From assembly GCA_002269645.1 (NCBI GenBank), contig NIVC01000538.1:124001-188000 (forward strand): a stretch of DNA of 64,000 nt. Reading direction: 5' to 3'. The translations under genes and the position numbers were made by a program. The notes beneath the pieces were generated by a model. That model was not told the DNA's origin, did no database searches, and saw only the letters and a program-made list of their open reading frames with translations. Source of the stretch: Macrostomum lignano. Taxonomy: Eukaryota. The stretch's first letter is position 1; the number at the start of each line of letters is the position of its first letter. Shown one piece after another: positions 12,842 through 24,240 of the stretch.

Positions 12842-13954
12842 GGCTGCTGCTGCTGCTGAGCTGCTGGGCGATGACGGCCGCTTCTAACGGGATGTCACTA
12901 AGGCTGCGCTTACTGCCAGACTAGTGCTGCCATCTTTTTCTGGCTGTCAACTTCTTTGCGTCTTGTCCTGCTTCTGGGAGCTGTTTAGCGGAAAGCTATA
13001 CAACTGCTGCCTCTGTAGAATTGGTCTGGCATGGCTGCCGCTCCCCGCCTCTCTCGCTGCTTTTGGCCCCGGCTGAGGGGTGGCGCCGGGTCTTAGAGGA
13101 TAGAAGGGCAGGCAGGGGACACGGCGCTGACTGATTGGAGGGGGGGGCAGCAGCCCTCCTTGCCCGCCTTGGCGCTCTTTATTTTTTTCTCAGCCCGACC
13201 CCCCTCTCTCTCCTCCCATTCAATTCCTGTTCTATTTTGGGAGACGAGTTCAGCTCAGGCCAAATTTGCCACATCTCATTCTCTCATCCAGCGATCTCTG
13301 CGCGCGTACTCAGTCAGCCAGCCCTCCCTTCTCCCGTCCCTCCGCCCTGCCCCCTCTCCCCTTCTCATTCCCCCTGTTGTTCTTCTGTCTCGCCGTCAGA
13401 AGATGCCTCTCCTCCGTGATCGACGGTGGCACCGCGGTGACGAAGGCAGTTCTGCAAGGACTGCAGTCCGGCAGATGAGCCGAGGAGAAGACACAGCAGA
13501 GAGAGTCAGGAGATAAGGGGGGAAGACATGCTGATGGAGGGGAGACAGGCAGAATCAAAGCAGCAAAGAGTCGCCGCTGTCTGAGTTCTCAAATTCCCCC
13601 AAGCTGTGCTCCTAAGCCCAAGTGATCACCTATGTACTCATCCAGTGAGCTCCCCCAGGGGAGGCAGAAGGGAGAGAGGGAGAGGCATGCTGGGGACTGT
13701 GCTACTTCTGCTTCAGGAGCCGCTCCCAATACGTGTTTAGTGCCGTGGGATTTCTTCCCCATTTCTGCCGTCTGTCCTCTCTGCAGCAGCCTCCCCCTTT
13801 CCTGCTGATCCCATCCGGTGGCCTGAAAGTGCCGCCGCAAATTCGCTATGCGGGTGGGAATGTGAGAGCATTGAGACAGGGGATGCCGTCTTGGCGGGTG
13901 TCTTGGACGGAATAGTCGCCGACTCTAAGTGCATTTCGGAAATTAATTTCGGTT

Positions 13955-14445
13955 TTATGAAGTTTCGGGTTTATGAAGTTTCGGGTTTATGATTTTTCGG
14001 GTTATGAAGTTTCGGATTTATGAAGTTTCAGATTTATGAAGTTTCGGATTTATGAAGTTTCGGGTTTATGAAGTTTCGGGTTATGAAGTTTCGGGTTATG
14101 AAGTTTCGGGTTATGAAGTTTCGGGTTTATGAAGTTTCGGGTTATGAAGTTTCGGGTTATGAATTTTAAAGTTTATGAAGTTTCGGGTTTATGAAGTTTC
14201 GGGTTATGAAGTTTCGGGTTATGAAGTTTCGGGTTATGAAGTTTCGGGTTTATGAAGTTTCGGGTTATGAATTTTCGGGTTATGAATTTTAAAGTTTATG
14301 AAGTTTCGAGTTAATGAAGTTTGGAGTTTATGAAATTCAGGGTTTATGAAGTTTCGGGTTATGAAGTTTCGGGTTATGAAGTTTCGAGTTAATGAAGTTT
14401 GGAGTTTATGAAATTCAGGGTTTATGAAGTTTAGGGCTATGAAGT
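13955..14445. repeat. 15-16 bp minisatellite ttatgaagtttcggg
   Basis: Direct reading. Confidence 0.93.
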
Positions 14446-15859
14446 TCATGAAGTATGCAAAGTGCAAGGGCGAGAGGGACAGACAGTGAAGGAAAGATGG
14501 GCTGCCGCATTTGAATATACTGCTTCTCTGGGGGGCAGCCTCGCCCCTCATCAGAAACTTTTCTCCCCCAGAACTCTCGCCCATGAGTTTCTCCCCGAAT
14601 AGGAAATATATTTCATCTCCTCCTAGCCCTGACCGCCAGAGACTATGAGCAAGGGGGGAGAGAGGGGAGAGATGAAGGCCAGGGGGACACCCCAGTCCCG
14701 CTTGACCGCTCCATTGCATGCAAATTCGCTCGCGGGCTACCTCAGGCCCCCGATTTTATCACTTTTTCATCTCCGTTCGCCCGGGCGCACTCGAGCGGCA
14801 GCTTTTATCGCTCGCGCGGGGACGCTGGGGGGGGGGGGGGTAGAAGCCCTCTGCTGCGCTCGAATCTCTGCCGAGACTGCATCGCCCCGCTGGCTCCCGA
14901 CTGCAGACAGAAGATTAAAGGGATATTACCCTGAAATTGATTGAGCTATGAGCGCTGTCGCATATTTAATTCATGAGCTCTTGCCCCCCCCCATATCATT
15001 TTTCAGAGCATCAGTTCTCTCTCTGTCCCAAGTCTCAGCGATTGTCTTGCTCAGCTTAATCTCCTAATAAATCATTCCGGCCACTCGCCAAAGCGAATCT
15101 GCTACTCAGGCAGTAGCACTGCTCAGCCCGCGGCTGTAGTCGGGTTCTTAGGAATGAGCAAAAATGGGAAGAGAGAGATTTGACTCGAGTCACGAGACCT
15201 GCGGATTTGCCTGCTGCGTTGCTTTGCTCATCCTTTATGCCGCCTCCTCCCCTAGTGTCTCGGATCTTTGCCTGTTTCCACCCAACCTGCTTTGCATTAC
15301 GGATGCCTTGAAAGGGTGCCGAATCTTTGCAAGCCTGGCGAGGTAACGAAACGAAGCAGGAACCTTTGAGCGGAAACTCGACCTGCCTCAGTGTGCCTGC
15401 GGTGGGTGTCATCGAGTTGCTGCTGCTTTGTGGCGGCGGCAAAAATTGGGACAGTTCTAAATTTCAGGCGAGAACTTGCTGCCGACTGAAGCGTATTTTA
15501 TGTGAGCCGAAATAGAAAAAGTTTTCGTCTGTTTCACGTCACCCTACTATCAGTAGACTGCTTAGCATATTAGTAAAACAAATGCGTTGCAACAGAAGGC
15601 ATTAAATTGACAAGAGAAAAGAATGCGGTTATGAAATAGTAATGATTTTGAATCACAAATGCGATAGTTTTCCTCAAAGTATTGGCCCCAGGGTCTTGGG
15701 CGAACCCAGATGAAGAAGTCAGGGCTGTTGTATACCCTGCGTGAGTGTGAGAGCCTGCGTACGGATCCATGTGTGCTCAGGGATGGGCATTCTCGATTGC
15801 CTCCTCACTGGCTTTCGTAATATCCATTCACATTAAATTCCGTTTCTATTTTTTAGAAC

Positions 15860-16095
15860 ACCCGTCTACTGCAGCATAACGTCAGTTTCTATTTTTGAAG
15901 CATCTGTCGTGCATGACGTCAGTTTCTATTTTTGGAGCATCTGTCCTGCATGACGTCAGTTTCTATTTTAGGAGCATTTGTCCTGCATGACGTCAGTTTC
16001 TATTTTTGGAGCATCTGTCCTGCATGACGTCAGTTTCTATTTTTGGAACATCCGTCTCCTGCAGCATCACGTCAGTTTCTATTTTTGGAACACCC
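15860..16095. repeat. 37-bp minisatellite carrying TGACGTCA (CRE) motifs
   Basis: TGACGTCA at 15914, 15951, 15988 and 16025. Confidence 0.9.
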
Positions 16096-16928
16096 ATTTT
16101 ATTTGATATCACTATTTAGATCATCAACAAATCGAAATGAAGTCACACTTCAAGTGACAGCCTGGCATAGCTGGAGAAGTTTTAAACTTAAACTCGAAAC
16201 TTTTACTTAATACGAAAGCGAATTACCAGCCTCTGAGTGAGTCTTACCTTATTAGCCTGCTCTCGGAGTTCTCCTTTTTGTTAGTCGGATTTCAACTTGA
16301 GACCAGGGGCTGGTGACCTGAATTGGTGGGAAATATTTTGAGATAGCTTGCTTATCTGGTGAAAGTCAACTTACAAAGCCCCTGAGATATATTCATCCGT
16401 AATATATACTAACACTAGAATTCTCGGAATCTAGGAACGCTCACTACAGAGCATTGAAATGCATGAAAGTTGCAGATTTTGGCCAGAAGCAGACGAAGAC
16501 TCAAGCTGGGCGGGCACGCGAAAACTACTCAATCTCTCCTCTCGCTTTTCTCAACAAGCTGGCACGCAGCTGAGCTGCTACATAGCGTGAGTCGGGGCTC
16601 CGCCAGGGTTCTTCAATCAGCGCCCAGCGAGATTGCAACAGGCAGCGGCAGGGACCGCAATACGCTGACCCAACAGGGGGATCCCCGACCAAGCATAACT
16701 GAATTCCCGCATAATGCAAGCTCCCCAGCAGCTATTGGGGAGGCTGGGACACTGTCGGGCATAAACACGATCCCATGGAGGAGCTCAGGACTTCGCGGTG
16801 CTGCTGATTATGCAATCGATGGCTGATCAGGCTGAACTGATTATGGCTAATGAGATTCGCTCCATCCCGTCTCATCTCAGCTATCTCCGGCTTCTGGTGG
16901 AGCCCATTTGCCTGCCACTGTCTGATCA

Positions 16929-17873
16929 TGAGTCAGTCAGTCAGTCAGTCAGTCAGTCAGTCAGTCAGTCAGTCAGTCAGTCAGTCAGTCAGTCAGTCAG
17001 TCAGTCAGTCAGTCAGTCAGTCAGTCAGTCAGTCAGTCAGTCAGTCAGTCAGTCAGTCAGTCAGTCAGTCAGTCAGTCAGTCAGTCAGTCAGTCAGTCAG
17101 TCAGTCAGTCAGTCAGTCAGTCAGTCAGTCAGTCAGTCAGTCAGTCAGTCAGTCAGTCAGTCAGTCAGTCAGTCAGTCAGTCAGTCAGTCAGTCAGTCAG
17201 TCAGTCAGTCAGTCAGTCAGTCAGTCAGTCAGTCAGTCAGTCAGTCAGTCAGTCAGTCAGTCAGTCAGTCAGTCAGTCAGTCAGTCAGTCAGTCAGTCAG
17301 TCAGTCAGTCAGTCAGTCAGTCAGTCAGTCAGTCAGTCAGTCAGTCAGTCAGTCAGTCAGTCAGTCAGTCAGTCAGTCAGTCAGTCAGTCAGTCAGTCAG
17401 TCAGTCAGTCAGTCAGTCAGTCAGTCAGTCAGTCAGTCAGTCAGTCAGTCAGTCAGTCAGTCAGTCAGTCAGTCAGTCAGTCAGTCAGTCAGTCAGTCAG
17501 TCAGTCAGTCAGTCAGTCAGTCAGTCAGTCAGTCAGTCAGTCAGTCAGTCAGTCAGTCAGTCAGTCAGTCAGTCAGTCAGTCAGTCAGTCAGTCAGTCAG
17601 TCAGTCAGTCAGTCAGTCAGTCAGTCAGTCAGTCAGTCAGTCAGTCAGTCAGTCAGTCAGTCAGTCAGTCAGTCAGTCAGTCAGTCAGTCAGTCAGTCAG
17701 TCAGTCAGTCAGTCAGTCAGTCAGTCAGTCAGTCAGTCAGTCAGTCAGTCAGTCAGTCAGTCAGTCAGTCAGTCAGTCAGTCAGTCAGTCAGTCAGTCAG
17801 TCAGTCAGTCAGTCAGTCAGTCAGTCAGTCAGTCAGTCAGTCAGTCAGTCAGTCAGTCAGTCAGTCAGTCAGT
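16929..17873. repeat. Perfect (AGTC)n microsatellite, about 945 bp
   Basis: Uninterrupted tetramer; source of the SVSQ pseudo-ORFs. Confidence 0.98.
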
Positions 17874-18109
17874 CTCACTCACTAGTATTTAAATAACTGA
17901 CTGACTGCAGAGAGCACAGCTCGAATTCAGTGGAACTTGAGTTCCCTGGGAAATCCTCAGACTCAGTGGGAGGTCTTGTCTGATCAGTGGAGTGAAAGTT
18001 AATCCTTGAAAGTCGAAGTCGTGAAAGAGTTTTTTCCTGCCGAGTGGATGCAGAGCAGAGTTCAGTTTAACTGTGAGATCAACTCGGGGGATTCTGCACC
18101 GGCTTACAA

Positions 18110-18555
18110 TATACCTGCTATTAATTTAGTGTACATGCTATTAAATTAGTGTACCTGCCATTAATTTAGTGTGCCTGCCATTAATTTAGTGTACCTGCCA
18201 TTAATTTAGTGTACCTGCCATTAATTTAGTGTACCTGCTATTAATTTAGTGTACCTGCTATTAATTTAGTGTGCCTGCTATTAATTTAGTGTACCTGCCA
18301 TTAATTTAGTGTGCCTGCTATTAATTTAGTGTACCTGCCATTAATTTAGTGTGCCTGCTATTAATTTAGTGTACCTGCTATTAATTTAGTGTACCTGCTA
18401 TTAATTTAGTGTACCTGCCATTAATTTAGTGTGCCTGCTATTAATTTAGTGTACCTGCTATTAATTTAGTGTGCCTGCTATTAATTTAGTGTACCTGCTA
18501 TTAATTTAGTGTACCTGCCATTAATTTAGTGTACCTGCTATTAATTTAGTGTACC
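18110..18555. repeat. 20-bp minisatellite gtacctgctattaatttagt
   Basis: Direct reading. Confidence 0.95.
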
Positions 18556-18651
18556 CGTGAATTTCAGACTGACATGAATTCGCGAAAATGTGATGGTAGT
18601 TACGTAATGGTGACAAGAAATGTTGTCTTAAAAGATATTGTTTTGGAATAC

Positions 18652-18770
18652 TTAGTTTGGCGCTGCTGGCACTCAGTTTGGCGCCGCTGGCACTCAGTTT
18701 GGCGCCGCTGGCACTCAGTTTGGCGCCGCTGGCACTCAGTTTGGCGCCACTGGCACTCAGTTTGGCGCCC
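18652..18770. repeat. 21-bp minisatellite ctcagtttggcgccgctggca
   Basis: About 5.5 units. Confidence 0.9.
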
Positions 18771-19769
18771 GATATTTAACTGGGAGGGACATGCCTCACT
18801 CGCGAGGTCCCTGACTCAATTCCAGACTCACCTGCGGCAGCTGTCGGCACCAGAGTCCGCACCAGGGGGTCAATCGATTCCAGCAGTCAGAACTTTGGTT
18901 AGCAATTTTAGTTTTCTCTTGCAGCGATGATAAACACGAAACCGGGATCACGCAGCGCTGCCATTGGCTGCTGCACATTCAGAGAAGCCCAACGATTCGG
19001 TTCTCAATTCCACTGGCTGCCGCGCTAAATATAGATTTTGTTGCTAGGGTCACTAAATCGCAGAAAAAAGTGACACGTGCTGAATAAACTCTTTAGACAA
19101 TTCTGGAGCAACAATTTCTGTCAGTTGGAAAATTCAAGCAGCGCTTAAATCCGCCGCGCTATGGCTGCTTATCAATTTGATTGCTTTGTGGCGAACGCTG
19201 CGAGTTGTAGCTTCAAAAATTCAAAAATTGTCAAATTTTTGTAATTTTTTGACAGGTGAAAAAGCTCTTCGATTCTCGGTGAGAAAATTTCAATTTTCTG
19301 GAATCGGTTTTCTAGTCAAACATTTCCTTCCTATGGGGATATTTTTAGAGTTGCTTATCGGGTTTATTAATTAATTAAATTGGCTCAGAAAATAGAAAAG
19401 GATTGGGACTAGGTCTACGGAAACAATGTTGCTAACCCGAGGGACACAGGCTGGGGAACCAGCTCAGGACACAGACTGTCTGGCTGTCTCTCGGGTGAAC
19501 AGTCTGTGTCCTGATCTGGCTGGCTGAAAATAACGAACTCTGTTGTTATCAAATTAAAAAAATATTTTTATTTTCAGCAAAGCCTCAGCTAAACAGGACC
19601 TAAAGCTTTCTGAGACAGAGGGGAAATCTAAACGTGTGCTTGGGTCCTCAATGTTGGAAAATTGAAGGCTATTTCAATGGCGATTTTGGATATTCAAAGA
19701 ACTCCATCCAACTGAAAATTCCCTAGCTACTAACAGTAGGAAGTTTAGTGTAGTCAAGCAATCCAGGCG

Positions 19770-19776
19770 TATAAAA
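19770..19776 (+). promoter_or_regulatory. TATA box of the CHP gene
   Basis: TATAAAA about 63 nt upstream of the ATG at 19839; AATAAA at 20477 downstream of the stop. Confidence 0.5.
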
Positions 19777-19838
19777 CACCCTTGGACCAGAGGAACTGCT
19801 CTGTCGCGAGCTGTGGCCAGCAAGCAAGCAAGTAGGAC

Positions 19839-20390
19839 ATGGGCAGCCGATTCTCAGTCCCACTGGACATCCAAGAGATCGATGCGCTGAGCAAGGAGAC
19901 GGAGCTGTCGGTGCTGCAGCTGAGCAGCTTCTATCGCCGCTTCAACCGGCTGAGCCGCGGGGAGCCCGTGCTCACCAAGGACGACCTGCTGCGCGAGCAG
20001 GACCTCATCACCAACCCGCTGTGCGACCGGATTCTGCACGCCTTCTTTGCCAACGGCCGTTCGGCGTTGACCTTCGCGGAGTTCGCGCGGCAGCTGGCCG
20101 TGTTCAGGCGCAGCAAGCGGCCCTCCAGCCGGGAGGCCAAGCTGCGCTTTCTGTTCTCCATGCTCGACTTTGGCGGCAGCGGCTTCGTGTCGGCCGCCGA
20201 GATGACGGCCTTCCTCATGCTGCTGCTCGGCGACTCCGTCAGCGACGAGCAGCTGGGCTCCATCTCGCTGCGCTGCCTCTCCGAAGCTGACGACGACGGT
20301 GACAATCGGGTGACGTTCGAGGAATTCGCCAAGGCGCTCGGCACGGTGGACATCGAAGAGCAGATGTGCGTGGCCGCGCTGAATGGCTGA
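19839..20390 (+). CDS. CHP1: Calcineurin B homologous protein (CHP1-like EF-hand protein), intronless, 183 aa
   Basis: MGSR myristoylation start; NPLCDRILHAFF and SDEQLGSI...EADDDGDNRVTFEEF...VDIEEQM match CHP1 as I recall it; GC3-rich codons. Confidence 0.9.
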   Translation: MGSRFSVPLDIQEIDALSKETELSVLQLSSFYRRFNRLSRGEPVLTKDDLLREQDLITNPLCDRILHAFFANGRSALTFAEFARQLAVFRRSKRPSSREAKLRFLFSMLDFGGSGFVSAAEMTAFLMLLLGDSVSDEQLGSISLRCLSEADDDGDNRVTFEEFAKALGTVDIEEQMCVAALNG

Positions 20391-20554
20391 GCTGCGAATG
20401 ACCTCAAGTTGGTTTGGTAGCTGGAGTGAATGATTGACTCATTTAAACAAGTAGCAGTGCATCTAGTTTTGACTCAAATAAACCTGATGGACGTGTGCTC
20501 AATCAACAGAACCTTTTAATTAGCCCCTGTTCCAGTGCTCTCCTATTAGAGAGT

Positions 20555-21315
20555 GAGTGGCAAGCCTGTCTGAGATGTGTGCTCACCTATCAGACAGTGG
20601 GTGACAAGCCTGTCTGAGATGTGTGCTCACCTATCAGACAGTGAGTGACAAGCCTGTCTGAGATGTGTGCTCATCTATCAGACAGTGAGTGACAAGCCTG
20701 TCTGAGATGTGTGCTCATCTAGCAGACAGTGAGTGACAAGCCTGTCTGAGATGTGTGCTCACCTATCAGAGTGAGTGACAAGCCTGTCTGAGATCTGTGC
20801 TCACCTATCAGTGAGTGACAAGCCTGTCTGAGATGTGTGCTCATCTAGCAGACAGTGAGTGACAAGCCTGTCTGAGATGTGTGCTCACCTAGCAGACAGT
20901 GAGTGACAAGCCTGTCTGAGATGTGTGCTCACCTAGCAGACAGTGAGTGACAAGCCTGCCTGAGATGTGTGCTCACCTAGCAGACAGTGAGTGACAAGCC
21001 TGTCTGAGATGTGTGCTCATCTATCAGACAGTGAGTGACAAGCCTGTCTGAGATGTGTGCTCACCTATCAGTCAGTGGGTGACAAGCCTGTCTGAGATGT
21101 GTGCTCACCTATCAGACAGTGACAAGCCTGTCTGAGATGTGTGCTCACCTATCAGACAGTGACAAGCCTGTCTGAGATGTGTGCTCACCTATCAGTGAGT
21201 GACAAGCCTGTCTGAGATGTGTGCTCACCTATCAGACAGTGACAAGCCTGTCTGAGATGGGTGCTCACCTATCAGACAGTTACAAGCCTGTCTGAGATGT
21301 GTGCTCACCTATCTG
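20555..21315. repeat. 44-bp minisatellite gtgagtgacaagcctgtctgagatgtgtgctcacctatcagaca
   Basis: Period 44 (20641/20685); each unit contains the inverted pair tgtctga...tcagaca. Confidence 0.95.
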
Positions 21316-22089
21316 TGACAAGCTCACAGAAAGTAAAAAATGACGTTCACTTCGCTTCCAGTTCGCAACAGTGCAATGCTTGGTTCATCGGTGCGTAACC
21401 GAACACGAACGAACTTCCTGTCTGTGATTAATTAGCCCCACAAAATCCGAGACTCTCTCTGAGTCAAGATTCCAGAGCTGAAGCAGCAGGTGCAGAAGAG
21501 AGTTTAGTGAGCTGACCGACAGGAAGTAAACTCTGGGCGCAATGTGCGAGAGAGGACAGGTAAATTTCCCAAGTTCTAGCAATATAACTACTTTTTGGAT
21601 TGCTAAATATGCAAATATGAACATGATTTGGACATTAGAAATTCTGCCATTTTTCTGCCTTCTTGTAAGCTGAGAAGTACAGACTAAATTGTTGCTACAG
21701 GCTAACAAAGAGTCGCCAAGCTTCTTAGATTCTCATGGGGAATCGCTAAGCTGGTCAGAGGCTCATGGGGAATCGCTAAGCTGGTCAGAGGCTCATGGCG
21801 AAATGCCGATCGCCTCAAGAGACTCCGCTATGATAGCAGCACAATTAAAAGTTCAGATGTTAAATCAGCCAACTCAGATTAGGGGTTCTCAGTTTGCCAT
21901 AAAATCCGAATACACGTTTATTATTTTAGAAGCGGCAACGGGCTTGGATGCCAGTGCCTGCCTGTCAGAGAGACAAGCAAGTCGATTTTTCCAGACATGT
22001 TAAGTGCTGCTCGCTACGCAAGTGTAAGCGGATTCTTTGTCAATGGCGCAATCGATGCCTGCCAAAGCTCGGTCACCATGGAGTTCAAC

Positions 22090-23222
22090 TCAGCGAAGAC
22101 CAGCTGCCTTATCCGGGATGCATCTGAGAAAAAACGCATAAAATTTGCGATCAAATCCCACAACAAACAGCCAGTTGATGCAGTAGGGCAGGACGAACAG
22201 AAACGAGCCCAGCCTCTCGAAAATCGTGCCTGAAATTGGGTGTTGATTTGCACTGACAAGACGCTGCAGGGGCACCATGGAAGGTGACATGCGGTAATCG
22301 AATCGAACTGCTTGGCTCACCGCTGATTATTTTGATGTAGCCCTCCTCAAATTGGACTTCGCTGACTCTGTACTGCAGCAGCATGAGCAGGCGGGGCAGA
22401 AAGAAGCACACAAAAATAACCAAGTTGATCCCAAGCAGTTTCAGAGTGGCTCGAACCTCGTCAGTAAAAGCGCGCCTCGTACTGGATTCGGGCTCTATCG
22501 AGATAAGCGCTATGACAGCCGAGACCGTGGCGGAGAGGGCCGCAGCCAGGCACATGAGCGCACGATCCTTGGACCTGGTGAGCGCGGTCTTAGCTCTCAG
22601 TGGAAATTTAACGCTAGAACAGCGCAGCAGGGAACTGATGGTCAGAGAGATCGGGGACAGGTAGACAGGAAAGTACACGATGGCAAAGAATACCTTGCAC
22701 ATGGCGCTCTGGACTGCGGCGTGGCTCGGGTCGCGCAGTCCCCAGATCAACAGCATCAAGTTTTTGCTGGGGGAGGTGGAGGCGTCTGAAAACGGGTTCG
22801 CTAGCAACCAGTCATCCACAATGAGCTCGTACAGCAGGTAAGCCAAGCTGGCGATGTCGGCTGACGCGGCAAGGAGGAAGTAGTTCCTGGCCGACCTGGA
22901 GTATCCCGAACTGCCCCTGACAAGGAAGATCAGGCAGCATTTGCAGCAGGAAGGTGGCTGGGTAGGCCACGGATTTCACAATGGCAGCCACGAAGCTCAT
23001 CAGGTGGTGAATTTCCGATCTGGCGACTGCTCGATAAATAATCTTCAGCACAGCATCGCTAAGCGCAATTCCTGACGTGTTCCTCTTGTTGTTGGCCAAA
23101 AAGGCTGCAAAGTGATCGAGTATCGAGTGTGTAGCAGGACTTGCATCCCGGACTCGTTGATGCAGCAAGAATAACGAATGTGAAACCGGTTTACCTTCAT
23201 AGTCGGCGAAGAAGAACTTCAT
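22090..23222 (-). pseudogene. Rhodopsin-class orphan GPCR, frameshifted in TM1 and apparently lacking TM5; exons 22321-23222 and 22090-22229
   Basis: Hydrophobic segments resemble TM1, TM2 (LLAASADI), TM3 (CKVFF...[12 protein letters not shown]), TM4, TM6 ([18 protein letters not shown]) and TM7 ([21 protein letters not shown]). A 91-bp GTGAG...TTTCAG intron (22230-22320) joins TM6 to TM7 in frame. Frame break near 22930-22945. Confidence 0.65.
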
Positions 23223-23679
23223 TGCAGATTGAACTTCACTGCAGTCAGTGTTGTCCTAGCAAGTGAGCTACTAAACTGTTATTTATAATGCCCACTGCAG
23301 GTGCCACGCCCTGCAATCAGCTCGCCGCTTCAATTTTCAATTCTGCGCTCAACCTTTATCCCAGGTATTTCTGATGCGATAAGACATCAACCCATCGCAC
23401 TATCGTGTCGCTATTTAATGTCTTCGCGTGACTTGCCAGTGCCAGTGCGACTCTTGGCGAAATGCGCTCGCAATGAATGTTTTCCAACTAAGCGCCAGTC
23501 TCTGGTGACTCATTAGCAACTAAAAATACCAACCATTAGTTTCAGAATGCAGGAATCCTCGGCGAAAACAAGGCAGACCAAGGTTGAATATCCTTCTCAA
23601 GATTCTTCCCGGATAATACCGGTATTCTTTCTGGCTGAGATCCTCCTAATGGATAAGATTCTTACTAGATCATGGATGA

Positions 23680-24240
23680 GATTCTTCATGGGTGAGATTC
23701 TGTATGGGTGAGATACTGCATGGGTGAGATATTGCATGGGTGAGATACTGCATGGGTGAGGTTCTGCATGGGTGAGATACTGCATGGGTGAGGTTCTGCA
23801 TGGATGAGATTCTGCATGGGTGAGATTACTCATGGATGAGATTCTTCATGGATGAGATTCTGCATGGGTGATATTCTTCATGGATGAGATTCTGCATGGG
23901 TGATATTCTTCATGGATGAGATTCTGCATGGGTGATATTCTTCATGGATGAGATTCTGCATGGGGTGAGATTCTGCATGGGTGATATTCTTCATGGATGA
24001 GATTCTGCATGGGGTGAGATTCTGCATGGGTGATATTCTTCATGGATGAGATTCTGCATGGGTGAGATTATTCATGGATGAGATTCTTCATGGATGAGAT
24101 TCTTCATGGATGAGATTCTGCATGGGGTGAGATTCTTAATGGGTGAGATTATTCTTGGATGAGATTCTTCATGGGTGAGATTCTTCATGGATGAGATTCT
24201 GCATGGGGTGAGATTCTGCATGGGGTGAGATTCTTCATGG
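23680..24240. repeat. 16-17 bp minisatellite gagattctgcatgggt
   Basis: Direct reading. Confidence 0.93.

Noticed and set aside
13955-14445. Interstitial telomeric repeat
   Set aside because: The unit is 15-16 bp (ttatgaagtttcggg), not TTAGGG.
16494-16510. Spliced-leader RNA gene (gaagactcaa resembles part of a flatworm SL as I recall it)
   Set aside because: Only about 10 nt match, with no terminal ATG|GT donor or Sm site.
16470-16900. Reverse-transcriptase remnant (QQGDP...)
   Set aside because: A single short motif; no YADD-type motif or other RT blocks in frame.
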